A stretch of DNA of 62,679 nt, filler included, from a bacterium (lineage in GTDB: Bacteria; JAMORN01): NCBI GenBank assembly GCA_027063545.1. It is 19 parts of 19 records of this genome, joined end to end, with 100 filler letters (N's around TTAATTAATTAA, not from the genome) between each part and the next. Parts side by side here need not be neighbours in the genome. Positions count along the whole stretch, not along the records: positions 11,105 to 13,352 come from JAMORN010000006.1; positions 13,453 to 15,680 come from JAMORN010000007.1; positions 15,781 to 29,019 come from JAMORN010000008.1; 16 more parts are not named here. One strand, written 5' to 3'. The position numbers and the translations under genes were made by a program. Below the pieces are notes generated by a model. That model ran no database searches. It was not told the DNA's origin and saw only the letters and a program-made list of their open reading frames with translations. Positions 11,105 to 22,064 of the stretch are shown here, one piece after another. Positions within the stretch are counted from its first letter, which is position 1. The number at the start of each line of letters is the position of its first letter.

Positions 11105-11655
11105 AAAAACTCTTCATTTGCTTTAAAACTTTCAAAAAAAATTCCTTTTATATCCTCTTTATTCTCTTTTAAATCTTTAATTCTTTTATCTATATGCCTT
11201 TTAGACTCTTCTAAAAACTCTTTTATCCTTTCAATAATTATTGTCTCATAGATAAAAAAACGAGTAATATATAAAAATCTTTCATCTAAAATTAAAAAAG
11301 GAGAGGAAAAATTAAATTCTTTTATATTTGAGTCTGTATATAAATAGGTAATAATGTTTTTATTCTCAAATTCTTTTTTTAAACTAGTATCTAATAAATA
11401 CTTTTTCCAATTATAAAGAACACTAAAATCTATATCTAAATCCTCTCCTAGAGTTGCTTCTGCTATTTTAATAAAAAAATCTAAATCTTCCAAATCTAAA
11501 ACTACATGTTTATCCTTAAAAAGTTGATAAAGAAGATAAAATAAAGTATAGAAAAAATCATTTATATCATTTTGGACTTCTTTGAATTCTATTTTATTTA
11601 AAACAAACTCATTATAAAACTTTGCATAATAACTTGGTGTTGAAATTACCCCCAT
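11105..11655 (-). CDS. recD: Probable RecD (exonuclease V alpha) N-terminal region (3' truncated)
   Basis: HVVLDL and PFLILDERFLYITRFFIYE..I resemble the RecD N-terminal domain; helicase motifs lie beyond the contig end. Confidence 0.5.
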
Positions 11656-12846
11656 TTACTTCTCCCATATATAATACTTTAATGGTGGAAAACCATTAAA
11701 ACTCACAGATGAATATGTTAATGTATAAGCCCCTGTAGATAATATAAAAACTTTATCACCTATCTTCAAATCTTCTGGAAGATAATATTCACTCTTTTCA
11801 TATAAAATATCCATACTATCACATGTTGGTCCTGCTAAAATTACTCTTTTAGGAAAGCCTTCTCTTTCACATATTATTGGAAATTTAATACTCTCATCAA
11901 TTGTCTCAATAAGACCTCCAAACTTTCCAATATCAAGATAAACCCAATTGTATGGGTCTATATAGTTTTTCTTTGATATTAAAACTACTTCAGAAACAAT
12001 TATACCTGCCTCTGCCACCAAAAACCTACCTGGTTCTATTATAATCTCAGGAAGATCCTCAAAATCTTCAAAAACAAATCTTCTAATTTCTTTAATTAAA
12101 AGATCATCTTCTGGAATTGGTTCTGTATATCTCGCAGGAAGCCCTCCACCAATATTTAACATTTTAAGTTCAATACCTTCTTCATCTCTCATATAATTAA
12201 AAATAAACCTTGCTGTTGCAATTGCCTCATCCCATTGCCCAACATCACGTTGCTGAGAACCAACATGAAAAGAAACTCCATAAGGAATAAGTCCTAATTT
12301 CTTTGCAAGTATTAGTGTATCAACAACAATATCAAGATGAGCACCAAACTTCTTACTTAAAGGCCAATCTGCTCCAATACCTGTGGTTAAAATTCTAGAA
12401 AAAACTTTACTCCCGGGCGCATATTTAGCTATATTTTTAACATCCTCTTCAGAATCTGTAACAAAAAGCCTAACCCCTTTTTTATAAGCGTACTCTATAT
12501 GAGTTCTCTTTTTTATAGTATTACCAAAACTTATTCTCTCCGGCTCAACACCTATTTCAAGAAGAAGATCAAGTTCGTAAATAGATGCTATATCAAAATA
12601 AGAACCTTCTTCTTTTAAGATCTCCAATATTTCTTTTACAGGATTTGCTTTTACAGCGTAATAAATCTTTGCTTCTGGAAAGTTTTCCCTTATTAATCTA
12701 TACTTTTCTCTAACCCTTTCTGGATTTATTACCAAAAAAGGTGTTTCTTTATCCTTAATAAAATTTTTAAATCTTTCCCAATCTTCTTTTGTTCTTATAA
12801 AACTACCTTTCTCTTTTAAAACCTCAATAATCTCCTCTTGTCTCAT
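11656..12846 (-). CDS. Group IV PLP-dependent ornithine/lysine decarboxylase
   Basis: YAVKANP (PLP lysine), FHVGSQ, NIGGG, EPGR, GPTCDSMD, GAYT. Confidence 0.92.
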   Translation of the reverse strand: MRQEEIIEVLKEKGSFIRTKEDWERFKNFIKDKETPFLVINPERVREKYRLIRENFPEAKIYYAVKANPVKEILEILKEEGSYFDIASIYELDLLLEIGVEPERISFGNTIKKRTHIEYAYKKGVRLFVTDSEEDVKNIAKYAPGSKVFSRILTTGIGADWPLSKKFGAHLDIVVDTLILAKKLGLIPYGVSFHVGSQQRDVGQWDEAIATARFIFNYMRDEEGIELKMLNIGGGLPARYTEPIPEDDLLIKEIRRFVFEDFEDLPEIIIEPGRFLVAEAGIIVSEVVLISKKNYIDPYNWVYLDIGKFGGLIETIDESIKFPIICEREGFPKRVILAGPTCDSMDILYEKSEYYLPEDLKIGDKVFILSTGAYTLTYSSVSFNGFPPLKYYIWEK

Positions 12847-12873
12847 TTCCTTTTCCCTTTATCCATTTTTTAT

Positions 12874-13352
12874 TTATCTTAAATTAGCAGTATAAAGAGG
12901 TGTATAAATAGGACCTTCTTTTGTTAAATCAGATTTAAAAATAGTTAATTTATTTAATGTTAGTTTTATAGGTTCAAATTTTAATGAATATTCTTTAGGT
13001 ATTACTAGTTTTTTCTTTACTCTTGCAATCGTAATATGAAGTTTAAAATTCCGAAACTCCTTTTCTCCAATATTTAAACTATTAAAACTATCCCTAAAAT
13101 CGTTATATATCTCCTCTAAATAAGGATAACTGGTTTTTGAACCTATCCATACAATTTTAGGATTAAATCTTGAAGGAAAAAAACCTAATTCATCTAAAAT
13201 AACTTCTTGTGATTTTCTTCCATTATAGGAAGAAAGTTTTTCTTTTACTATGTTAAACTCTTCCTCAGAAATATTGCCTAAAAATCTCATTGTTAAGTGA
13301 ATATTTTCCTTTGAAGAAAGTTTTACAGGATAAAAACTTCTCTTAAATTCTT
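12874..13352 (-). CDS. thpR: RNA 2',3'-cyclic phosphodiesterase (5' partial)
   Basis: Two HxT motifs (ENIHLTMRFLG, LHITIARVK) and C-terminal SDL..EGPIY. Confidence 0.88.
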
Positions 13353-13452
13353 NNNNNNNNNNNNNNNNNNNNNNNNNNNNNNNNNNNNNNNNNNNNTTAA
13401 TTAATTAANNNNNNNNNNNNNNNNNNNNNNNNNNNNNNNNNNNNNNNNNNNN

Positions 13453-13761
13453 TGGAATGAAAAAATAGATTTTATATATAAAGAATTGATAGAAATACAG
13501 ATAAAAAAGAATAATTGGGAACAAACTAATAAAGGTAAGCCTTGGGAGGACGAAGAGATTAAGTTCATATTACAACACGCTCCCACAAAAGAAAATATTT
13601 TAAAATTAGCAAAAATTTTTAAAAGAGGTTATGGTAGTATAGAGCAAATATATAGATGGGCTGCAGAAGATGCTAAATCTATAAAAGAGAAAAGAGATGA
13701 TGATAAATTTATAAATCAAATATTGAAAGTTAGAAAACAAATAGGTTGGAGAGCCACTTGA
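13453..13761 (+). CDS. Hypothetical protein with Myb/SANT-like HTH (5' partial)
   Basis: Open from contig start; NKGKPWEDEE...LAKIFKRGYGSI. Confidence 0.6.
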   Translation, partial: WNEKIDFIYKELIEIQIKKNNWEQTNKGKPWEDEEIKFILQHAPTKENILKLAKIFKRGYGSIEQIYRWAAEDAKSIKEKRDDDKFINQILKVRKQIGWRAT

Positions 13762-13766
13762 TATAC

Positions 13767-15275
13767 TTAATTTATTTCTATTATATTTGAAATACTTATA
13801 TTATTTTTGTTCGTAATTAAAATAGCATAAACAAAAATAGGGAAAGAAGAGTAAAAGGTTAGTTTTTCTTTTATATCAACATCTATTTCTAAATGGTTAA
13901 ATTTAAAAGTATAGGTATTTATTTTTTCAGTTGTAATTTCTTTTAGAATTAAATATTTAATATTTCCAAAGAAGTTAGATGATTTAGCATAAATTTTTAA
14001 ATTTTCTTTGTCTATTGTTATAAATCCACCTGTTGAAAAGGAAGATGAGCGAAGGTTATTTATTAATTCATTAAAGTTGCGAAACTCTTTTATAAATGTC
14101 CTATTTCTTCCAAAGAGATGAGATTTATTTGTTGAAATTTTAAAAAGAGGCATTTTTATATAATAACCAATGGAAAAATATCCATGGGAATCATTTCCTG
14201 CAACTAAAAAAGGAGGTTCTTTTTTGTTTTTTAATTTTTCTTGAAGTATTTTATCTAAAATTTTTATATCTTTTTCAAATGTAAGCCATGGAAATCTATT
14301 TAAAAACTCAATACCATCTACTTCATTTAATAGTTCATTAAAAGAGTAGTTTCCACGATTAAGAAGTATTTTATGAGCAAAAGGTATTTTTTCGGTAGGA
14401 TGTGCTGCTATTTTTATCTTTGATTTAATATCAGTTAAATAAATGTTTGGTTTATTTCTAAAAAGTTCTTCACCTCCATCACCTTTTCCAATATAAGGTT
14501 TTTCTAAATTTTCATCTAAAATAATTAAATGAACATTTTGATTTTTTGAGTTTCCAACAGATAACTCTTCTGAGAGGATCATAGATTTAACTTTTGAATT
14601 TAACTCTTTTAGTTTTTCCCATTTTTCAAAAGTTGCTGTTTTAGAAAAAAATTCTCCGATCCTGTCATCTAAATCATAACTATGATCTGTTATAACAAAA
14701 TAGTCTAAGTCAATAAAGTTTTTTATTTTATCATAACACTCAACAGAAGCACCAAACTCAACAAAATCTTCTGTAAAATTAGAATGAACATGAAAATCAA
14801 TAGAATAAAATTCAGAGATTCTAGGATAGTCTTCTAAAATATAATATATTTCTATATTTTTTGGATTTCTTACAATGTTTGTATTAATAAAAGAGATGTC
14901 TTTTCCGTTTATTGAGGCATAAATTTTTGCTTTTATTTTAAGTTTAAAAAATTGTTTTTGAGATGTAGGATTTAAAGAGAATAGAGTATAAATAAAGTTT
15001 TCTATGTTAATGTAAAAAATTTTGCATTCATAGATTGATGAGAATTTTTGATTTATTTCTATGGTGTGGGTTGTTGTCTTATTTTCTGAAGAGATAGCTA
15101 TTTCTAATTTATGAATATAAATAGGAAATTTGTGAGAGTCTTTTATTTGTAGGATAATTGGAATATATGGTTTATTAAAAACAGCCCAAATTGAATCAAC
15201 CACCACCTCCGGCTCATTTTTATATAAAAAACCTTTAAATAGTTTTGTTGGAAAATAATGAATTTCTGCAGTCAT
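13767..15275 (-). CDS. PHP-domain metallohydrolase (CehA/McbA-like)
   Basis: DFHVHS, ITDHSYD, EEL, VHL, AAHP, GNDSHG metal-ligand motifs. Confidence 0.75.
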   Translation of the reverse strand: MTAEIHYFPTKLFKGFLYKNEPEVVVDSIWAVFNKPYIPIILQIKDSHKFPIYIHKLEIAISSENKTTTHTIEINQKFSSIYECKIFYINIENFIYTLFSLNPTSQKQFFKLKIKAKIYASINGKDISFINTNIVRNPKNIEIYYILEDYPRISEFYSIDFHVHSNFTEDFVEFGASVECYDKIKNFIDLDYFVITDHSYDLDDRIGEFFSKTATFEKWEKLKELNSKVKSMILSEELSVGNSKNQNVHLIILDENLEKPYIGKGDGGEELFRNKPNIYLTDIKSKIKIAAHPTEKIPFAHKILLNRGNYSFNELLNEVDGIEFLNRFPWLTFEKDIKILDKILQEKLKNKKEPPFLVAGNDSHGYFSIGYYIKMPLFKISTNKSHLFGRNRTFIKEFRNFNELINNLRSSSFSTGGFITIDKENLKIYAKSSNFFGNIKYLILKEITTEKINTYTFKFNHLEIDVDIKEKLTFYSSFPIFVYAILITNKNNISISNIIEIN

Positions 15276-15393
15276 AAGAAGAAAATAAAAAAATTTAAGA
15301 GGAGAAGGGAATATTCTTTTGTTGTTGGAAGAGTAGAGAAGATTGTATATTTATATAAATTTTTATAGCTTAAAGGAGGATAATTTAAAAAAA

Positions 15394-15448
15394 TTAACAC
15401 TAAGTGTTAAAAAAAATACTTGATAAAAATTTAATTCTGGAGTATATT
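15394..15448 (+). promoter_or_regulatory. Operator palindrome TTAACAC-taa-GTGTTAA plus promoter TTGATA-N17-TATATT upstream of toxin gene
   Basis: Perfect 7-bp inverted repeat 15394-15410; -35 at 15420, -10 at 15443. Confidence 0.55.
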
Positions 15449-15452
15449 ATAT

Positions 15453-15680
15453 ATGGAAATATACTTTAAAGATAAAAAAATAGCAAAGATATTTAATAGT
15501 AAAAAAGAACTTATAAAAAAATACGGGAATAATATAGGTAAGAAAATTATGCAAAGATTAGATGATATGAAGGCAGCAAAAAATTTAGAAGAGTTAATGA
15601 CCCTTCCCGGCAATCATCATCCTTTAAGAGGTGATAGAGAAGGACAGTTTGCGTGTAGTGTAGGACAACCTTATAGATTA
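15453..15680 (+). CDS. HigB-type (RelE/ParE superfamily) toxin (3' truncated)
   Basis: MEIYFKDKKI...KKYG....KKI.QRL..M.AA.NL..L...PG.HHPL.GDREGQFA.SV.QPYRL. Confidence 0.85.
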
Positions 15681-15789
15681 NNNNNNNNNNNNNNNNNNNN
15701 NNNNNNNNNNNNNNNNNNNNNNNNTTAATTAATTAANNNNNNNNNNNNNNNNNNNNNNNNNNNNNNNNNNNNNNNNNNNNCATATAAAT

Positions 15790-18246
15790 CTAATCCTCTT
15801 CTTCAACTAATACCTCTGTAACTTTATCCCCTTCTTGAAGATTAATTAGTTTAATTCCTTGGGTATTTCTAGATAATACACTCACATCTTGTAATTTTAT
15901 TTTTATAACATTTCCATTTTTTGTTACTATAAATGCTATATGATTTGGTGTTGCTCTCTTAACAGCAACTACTTTACCATTTTTCTCTGTAACTTTTATA
16001 TTTATCACGCCTTTAGCACTTCGTGATGTTAATCTATAATCCTCAAAACTAGACATTTTACCATATCCATTTTCCGTAACTGTAAGTATAAAACTATCTG
16101 AAATTTTATCCTCTGGGATTGATAACACATCAATTACTCTATCATCTCCATCTAATTTTATTCCTATTACTCCTTTTGTATTTCTATTTCTTTCTGGAAC
16201 ATCTGTTTGATTAAACCTTATTGCTTTTCCATTTCTTGTTGCAATTAACACTTGAGAATTCTTTTTAGAAACAATAACAGATAGTAATTTATCATCATCA
16301 TTAATTTTTATAGCATAAAGTCCTGTTGAACGTGGTCTTGAAAAATTTTCTACCTTTGTTTTATTTATCAATCCCCTCTCTGTAACCATTATTAAATAAT
16401 CTTCTGGTTCAAAAGAAGATAAATTAATAATTGTCCTTATCTCTTCATCCTGCTCTAATTTTATAATATTTCTTATCAATTTGCCTCTGGCATTTCTTGA
16501 TCCTTCCGGTATTTGATAAGTCTTTACCCAAAATACTCTACCTCTATTAGTAAATAAAAGAAGATAATCAAGCATCTTAGCATTAACAATATTTGAAACA
16601 AAATCATCATCACTTGAGTAAGTAATATTTACACCCCTTCCTCCTCTATTTTGGAATCTATATGTTTTTAGAGGAATTCTTTTAATATATCCCTTCTTTG
16701 TTAAAATCACCATCATATCTTCATTTATAATAGTATCTTCAATTGTAATATCTTTGTTCTCATAATCCGTTATTATTTCTGTTCTTCTTTTATCAGAATA
16801 TAATTTTTTTATTTCTTCTAATTCTTCTACTACAACTACTTCTTGAAGTTCTCTTGAACCTAATAAATTTTTTAAATATTCAATTTTTTGTAAAAGCTCT
16901 TTATATTCCTCTTCTAATTTTTCTATTTCTAAAGATGTAAGACGAGCAAGTCTCATATCAAGAATTGCCTGGGCTTGTACCTGAGTAAGTAAAAATCTCT
17001 CTATAAGTTTTTGTGCCGCCTCTTGAGTATCTTTAGAACCTTTTATTATTGCAACAACCTCATCTATATTTGCTAAAGCAATCTTTAATCCTTCTAAAAT
17101 ATGAGCCCTTTCTTCTGCTTTTTTAAGTTCATACTTAGATCTTCTTACAATAACTTCTACTCTAAACTCTACAAAATTATATATCATCTCTTTTATATTA
17201 AGTAATTTTGGAACCCCATCTACCAAAGCCACCATATTAACACCAAATGTGGTCTCCATATTAGTATGTTTATACAATTGATTTAAAACTAGTTCTGGAT
17301 CTACATCTTTTCTCACCTCTATATAAATTCTTAAACCCTCTTTATCTGATTCATCTCTAAGTTCTGTGATACCATCTATTTTTTTCTCATTTATTAGCTT
17401 TGCTATATCCTCTATTAGTTTTGATTTATTTACCATAAAAGGAATTTCTGTAACAATTATAGCCTTTTTACCTTTCTTTTTTTCCTCTATATGACTTTTT
17501 GCTCTTAGTCTTATTCTACCAAGCCCTGTTTTAAAGTATTTTATTATCTCTTGTTTACCTAATATCATTGCTCCTGTAGGGAAATCTGGACCTTTTATTA
17601 TTTCTGCAAGTTCTTCAACAGTAATATCCTTATTTTTTATATATGCAATAATCCCCTCAATAACCTCACCTAAATTATGAGAAGGAATATTTGTTGCCAT
17701 TCCAACTGCAATACCTGTAGATCCATTTATTAAAAGATTTGGTATAACTGATGGAAGAACAGTTGGTTCTTTTTCTTCATTATCAAAATTAGGAACAAAA
17801 TCAACAGTATCTTTATCTATATCCCTTAAAAGTTCTTCGGCTATTCTTGAGAGTCTTGCTTCAGTATAACGCATTGCAGCTGCACTATCACCATCAATCG
17901 AACCAAAATTACCATGACCATCTATTAATGGATACCTTAAAGAAAAATCTTGAGCCATTCTTACCAATGCATCATATACTGCTGTATCTCCATGGGGATG
18001 GTATTTACCAAGAACCTCACCAACAATTCTTGCACTTTTTTTATGAGGCCTATTATGATAAAGGCCTAATTCTTTCATTGCATATAAAATTCTTCGTTGA
18101 ACTGGTTTCAATCCATCTCTAACATCTGGGAGAGCCCTTGCAACAATAACACTCATTGCATAATCTAAAAAACTATCCTTCATTATATCTTCAATATTAA
18201 CTTCTATAACCTTTTGATCTGAAAATAAATTAAGATCCTCTGCCAT
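15790..18246 (-). CDS. gyrA: DNA gyrase subunit A
   Basis: [31 protein letters not shown], GyrA-box QNRGGRG, C-terminal pinwheel repeats. Confidence 0.97.
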   Translation of the reverse strand: MAEDLNLFSDQKVIEVNIEDIMKDSFLDYAMSVIVARALPDVRDGLKPVQRRILYAMKELGLYHNRPHKKSARIVGEVLGKYHPHGDTAVYDALVRMAQDFSLRYPLIDGHGNFGSIDGDSAAAMRYTEARLSRIAEELLRDIDKDTVDFVPNFDNEEKEPTVLPSVIPNLLINGSTGIAVGMATNIPSHNLGEVIEGIIAYIKNKDITVEELAEIIKGPDFPTGAMILGKQEIIKYFKTGLGRIRLRAKSHIEEKKKGKKAIIVTEIPFMVNKSKLIEDIAKLINEKKIDGITELRDESDKEGLRIYIEVRKDVDPELVLNQLYKHTNMETTFGVNMVALVDGVPKLLNIKEMIYNFVEFRVEVIVRRSKYELKKAEERAHILEGLKIALANIDEVVAIIKGSKDTQEAAQKLIERFLLTQVQAQAILDMRLARLTSLEIEKLEEEYKELLQKIEYLKNLLGSRELQEVVVVEELEEIKKLYSDKRRTEIITDYENKDITIEDTIINEDMMVILTKKGYIKRIPLKTYRFQNRGGRGVNITYSSDDDFVSNIVNAKMLDYLLLFTNRGRVFWVKTYQIPEGSRNARGKLIRNIIKLEQDEEIRTIINLSSFEPEDYLIMVTERGLINKTKVENFSRPRSTGLYAIKINDDDKLLSVIVSKKNSQVLIATRNGKAIRFNQTDVPERNRNTKGVIGIKLDGDDRVIDVLSIPEDKISDSFILTVTENGYGKMSSFEDYRLTSRSAKGVINIKVTEKNGKVVAVKRATPNHIAFIVTKNGNVIKIKLQDVSVLSRNTQGIKLINLQEGDKVTEVLVEEED

Positions 18247-18359
18247 AAGAACTCCTTTTTTATAGTTGTTTTTTAAAATTAAACATTATTAAAGTTTTTA
18301 TAAAAAATAAGATTTTTTTATTTTTAAATCATTAAAAAATAAATAAAAAGGAGTTTTAT

Positions 18360-21300
18360 ATGAAAATTTTGTTTTATATTTCAAAAAGTGGCGAATATAT
18401 ACATGCTTTAAATATAGAAAGAAAACTCAATTCTAATGATATAGAAAAATTAAATTGGTTGTTTGATAACTCTTTTTTATCAGAAGATAATCTTATAGAA
18501 GGTACATTTATTGGGCCTAGAAAAGAGATGGTTACCCCTTATTCTACAAATGCTGTTGAAATTACCAAAAATATGGGTATAGAAGGTATTGTAAGAATAG
18601 AACTATTTAAAAGGGTCAAAGAAAATACCTCTCCAAATTATGATCCAATGCTTGAACAAGTCTATAACAATCTTGATCAAAATATCTTTAAAATAGAAAG
18701 AGAACCTGAACCTATAAAATTTATAGAGGACATAGAAAAATACAATGAAGAGGAAGGCCTTGCTTTAAGCAAAGAAGAGATAGAATATTTAAAAAATATT
18801 TCTAAAGAATTAGGAAGGCCTTTAACTGATAGCGAAATATATGGCTTTGCTCAGGTTAATTCTGAACACTCAAGACATAAAATATTTAATGGAAAATTTA
18901 TTATTGATGGTAAAGAAATGGAGGAATCTCTATTCTCTCTTATAAAAAAGACAACAAAGTTAAATCCAAATAGGGTTATATCTGCATATAAAGACAATGT
19001 TGCTTTTATAGAGGGTCCTAAAATAGAACAATTTGCTCCTAAAACTCAAGAAACTGCTGATTTCTTTGAAGTTAAACCAATAAAAACTGCTGTAAGTTTA
19101 AAGGCTGAAACTCATAATTTTCCAACAACAGTTGAACCTTTTTATGGTGCTTCCACAGGTTCTGGAGGAGAAATTAGAGATAGAATGGCTGGGGGTAAAG
19201 GAGGAATTGCTCTTGCAGGAAGTGCTGTGTATATGACAGCCTATCCTAGGCTTGACTCCTCAAAAAAGTGGGAGAAAAAAATAAAAGAGAGAAAATGGCT
19301 TTATCAGACACCTAAAGATATTCTAATAAAAGCATCAAATGGGGCTAGTGATTTTGGGAATAAGTTTGGACAACCTTTGATAGTTGGTAGTTTATTAACA
19401 TTTGAACATGAAGAGAATGGAAAGATTTATGCTTATGATAAGGTTGTAATGCTTGCTGGAGGTGTGGGATTTTCTAAGTTAGAAGATTCTAAAAAGGATG
19501 ATCCTGAGGTTGGAGATAAAGTTGTAATGATGGGAGGAGAGAACTATAGAATTGGAATGGGTGGGGGTGCAGTTTCATCTGTTTCGACAGGAGAATATCA
19601 AAAGACATTAGAACTTAATGCTGTTCAAAGGGCAAATCCTGAAATGCAAAAAAGGGTTTATAATGCTATAAGAGCAATGATAGAAGATGATAATAATCCT
19701 ATAGTTTCTATACATGACCATGGAGCTGGAGGTCATTTAAATTGTTTTTCTGAACTCTTAGCTGAAAAAGGTGGTAGAATTGATTTGGATAAACTTCCTA
19801 TAGGAGATCCTACTTTATCTTTAAAGGAGATTATAAATAATGAATCTCAAGAAAGAATGGGGCTTATTTTAAAGGAAAAAGATATTGAAAAATTAAAAAA
19901 AGTTTCAGAAAGGGAAAGGGCCCCTTTATATATAGTCGGAGAGGTTACTGGTGATAAAAAACTTCTCTTTATCGATAATAGAACTGGCGAAAAACCTATA
20001 GATCTTCCACTTGAATATCTATTTGGTAAACCTCCCAAAACTATAATAAAAGACGAAACAATTGATTTAAATTTTTCTGAAGGTATATATAATGAAAGTC
20101 TAATAGAAGAGTATATAGAAAATGTATTACAACTTGAATCTGTGGCATGTAAAGATTGGTTAACTAATAAAGTAGATAGATCTGTTACTGGTAAAGTCGC
20201 AAAGCAGCAAACTGCAGGAATATTACAACTGCCTATTAATAATCTTGGTGTTGTTAGCTTAGATTATACTGGAACTAAAGGAGTTGCTTTAAGCTTAGGA
20301 GATAGACCAATTGCAGGACTAATAAATCCTGAAAGTGGTAGTATTCTCTCTGTTGCAGAATCTTTAACAAATATTGTCTGGGCTCCAATTGAAGATGGAT
20401 TAAAGGGAATCTCTTTAAGTGCTAATTGGATGTGGCCTGCTAAAAATAAGGGAGAAGACTCTAGACTTTACAGAGCAGTAAAGGCTCTCAGTGAATTTGT
20501 TATTAAATTAGGCATAAATGTACCGACAGGAAAAGATTCATTATCTATGACTCAAAAATATCCAGATGGAAAGGTTGTATATTCTCCAGGAACTGTTATA
20601 ATATCTGCCGTAGGTGTAGTTGAGGATATTAAAAAGGTTGTTGAACCTGTAGTTTATCCTGATGAAAATACATCTTTAATATATATTGATTTCTCATTAG
20701 ATGATTTTAATCTTGGAGGAAGTGCTTTTTATCAAACATTAAATAAAATAGGTAAAAAAGCACCTAATGTTGATCCTGAATATTTTAAAACAGCATTTAA
20801 TACCCTTCAAAAATTAATAAAAGAAGAGAAAATACTTGCTGGTCATGATGTTTCATCTGGAGGACTTATAACCACACTTCTTGAAATGGTATTTTCTCAT
20901 ATATCTGTAGGTATGGATTTAAATCTTTCTGAATTAGGTGATGATATTGTCAAAATTTTATTCTCGGAAAAGCCTTCTGTTGTTATTCAAGTAAGAAATG
21001 AAGATTTAAAGTATATAGAAAATACTTTAAATAGTAATAATATAAAATTCTTTAAAATAGGAAAAATCGTAAATTCTAGTGATGAACTTAATATAGAATT
21101 TAGAGACAAACTATATACTTTCTCTATTTCATACCTAAGGGATATATGGTATAAACCATCTTATTTACTTGATATGCATCAAACACAAGGAAATTTGAGT
21201 GTAAAAAGATACGAGAATTATAAAAAACAACCTTTAGAATTAAAATTTCCAGATTATTTTAAAGGAAATCCTTCTCAATATAATATCTATTTAAACCTAA

Positions 21301-22064
21301 AATCATCAAAAAAGCCTAAAGCTGCTATAATAAGAGAAAAAGGGATAAACGGCGATAGAGAAATGGCTTGGAGTTTATATTATGCTGGTTTTGATGTTAA
21401 AGATATTCATATGACCGATTTAATTTCTGGAAGAGAAAATTTAGAAGATATTCAATTTTTAGTATTTCCAGGAGGGTTTTCAAATTCTGATGTATTAGGT
21501 TCTGCTAAAGGATGGGCTGGAGCATTTTTATATAATGAAAAAGCAAAAAAGGCAATAGAAAACTTTTATTCAAGAGATGATACAATATCTTTAGGTGTAT
21601 GTAATGGATGTCAATTAATGGTAGAGTTAGGGCTTATATATCCAGAGCATAAAAATAAACCTAAAATGTTATGGAATGATTCTCATAAATTTGAAAGTGC
21701 TTTTATTTCAGTAGAAGTTCTTCCAAACAATTCTGTAATGTTATCTTCGCTTGTTGGCTCAAAACTTGGGGTTTGGGTTGCTCATGGAGAAGGAAAATTC
21801 TATTTCCCTTATGAAGAAAAAAAATATAAAATACCATTAAAATATGTGTATAAGGAATATCCGGGGAATCCTAATGGTTCTATGTATAATGCGGCTGGGA
21901 TTGTATCTAAAAATGGAAGGCATCTTGCTATGATGCCTCATCTTGAAAGGGCAATCTTCCCATGGCAATGGGGATATTATCCTTTTGATAGAAGAAAAGA
22001 TGAAATTACTCCTTGGATGGAGGCTTTTGTTAATGCAAGAGAATGGGCAAAAAAATTTTTGTGA
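18360..22064 (+). CDS. purL: Phosphoribosylformylglycinamidine synthase, large single-chain type
   Basis: NSEHSRHKIF, KAETHNFPT, IHDHGAGG, ESQERM, GKDSLSM, glutaminase domain GVCNGCQ and MMPHLER. Confidence 0.96.
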   Translation: MKILFYISKSGEYIHALNIERKLNSNDIEKLNWLFDNSFLSEDNLIEGTFIGPRKEMVTPYSTNAVEITKNMGIEGIVRIELFKRVKENTSPNYDPMLEQVYNNLDQNIFKIEREPEPIKFIEDIEKYNEEEGLALSKEEIEYLKNISKELGRPLTDSEIYGFAQVNSEHSRHKIFNGKFIIDGKEMEESLFSLIKKTTKLNPNRVISAYKDNVAFIEGPKIEQFAPKTQETADFFEVKPIKTAVSLKAETHNFPTTVEPFYGASTGSGGEIRDRMAGGKGGIALAGSAVYMTAYPRLDSSKKWEKKIKERKWLYQTPKDILIKASNGASDFGNKFGQPLIVGSLLTFEHEENGKIYAYDKVVMLAGGVGFSKLEDSKKDDPEVGDKVVMMGGENYRIGMGGGAVSSVSTGEYQKTLELNAVQRANPEMQKRVYNAIRAMIEDDNNPIVSIHDHGAGGHLNCFSELLAEKGGRIDLDKLPIGDPTLSLKEIINNESQERMGLILKEKDIEKLKKVSERERAPLYIVGEVTGDKKLLFIDNRTGEKPIDLPLEYLFGKPPKTIIKDETIDLNFSEGIYNESLIEEYIENVLQLESVACKDWLTNKVDRSVTGKVAKQQTAGILQLPINNLGVVSLDYTGTKGVALSLGDRPIAGLINPESGSILSVAESLTNIVWAPIEDGLKGISLSANWMWPAKNKGEDSRLYRAVKALSEFVIKLGINVPTGKDSLSMTQKYPDGKVVYSPGTVIISAVGVVEDIKKVVEPVVYPDENTSLIYIDFSLDDFNLGGSAFYQTLNKIGKKAPNVDPEYFKTAFNTLQKLIKEEKILAGHDVSSGGLITTLLEMVFSHISVGMDLNLSELGDDIVKILFSEKPSVVIQVRNEDLKYIENTLNSNNIKFFKIGKIVNSSDELNIEFRDKLYTFSISYLRDIWYKPSYLLDMHQTQGNLSVKRYENYKKQPLELKFPDYFKGNPSQYNIYLNLKSSKKPKAAIIREKGINGDREMAWSLYYAGFDVKDIHMTDLISGRENLEDIQFLVFPGGFSNSDVLGSAKGWAGAFLYNEKAKKAIENFYSRDDTISLGVCNGCQLMVELGLIYPEHKNKPKMLWNDSHKFESAFISVEVLPNNSVMLSSLVGSKLGVWVAHGEGKFYFPYEEKKYKIPLKYVYKEYPGNPNGSMYNAAGIVSKNGRHLAMMPHLERAIFPWQWGYYPFDRRKDEITPWMEAFVNAREWAKKFL

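Noticed and set aside
18850-18890. SEHSRH instead of SEHCRH in PurL
   Set aside because: The Ser variant occurs in other large FGAM synthases, and all other motifs are intact
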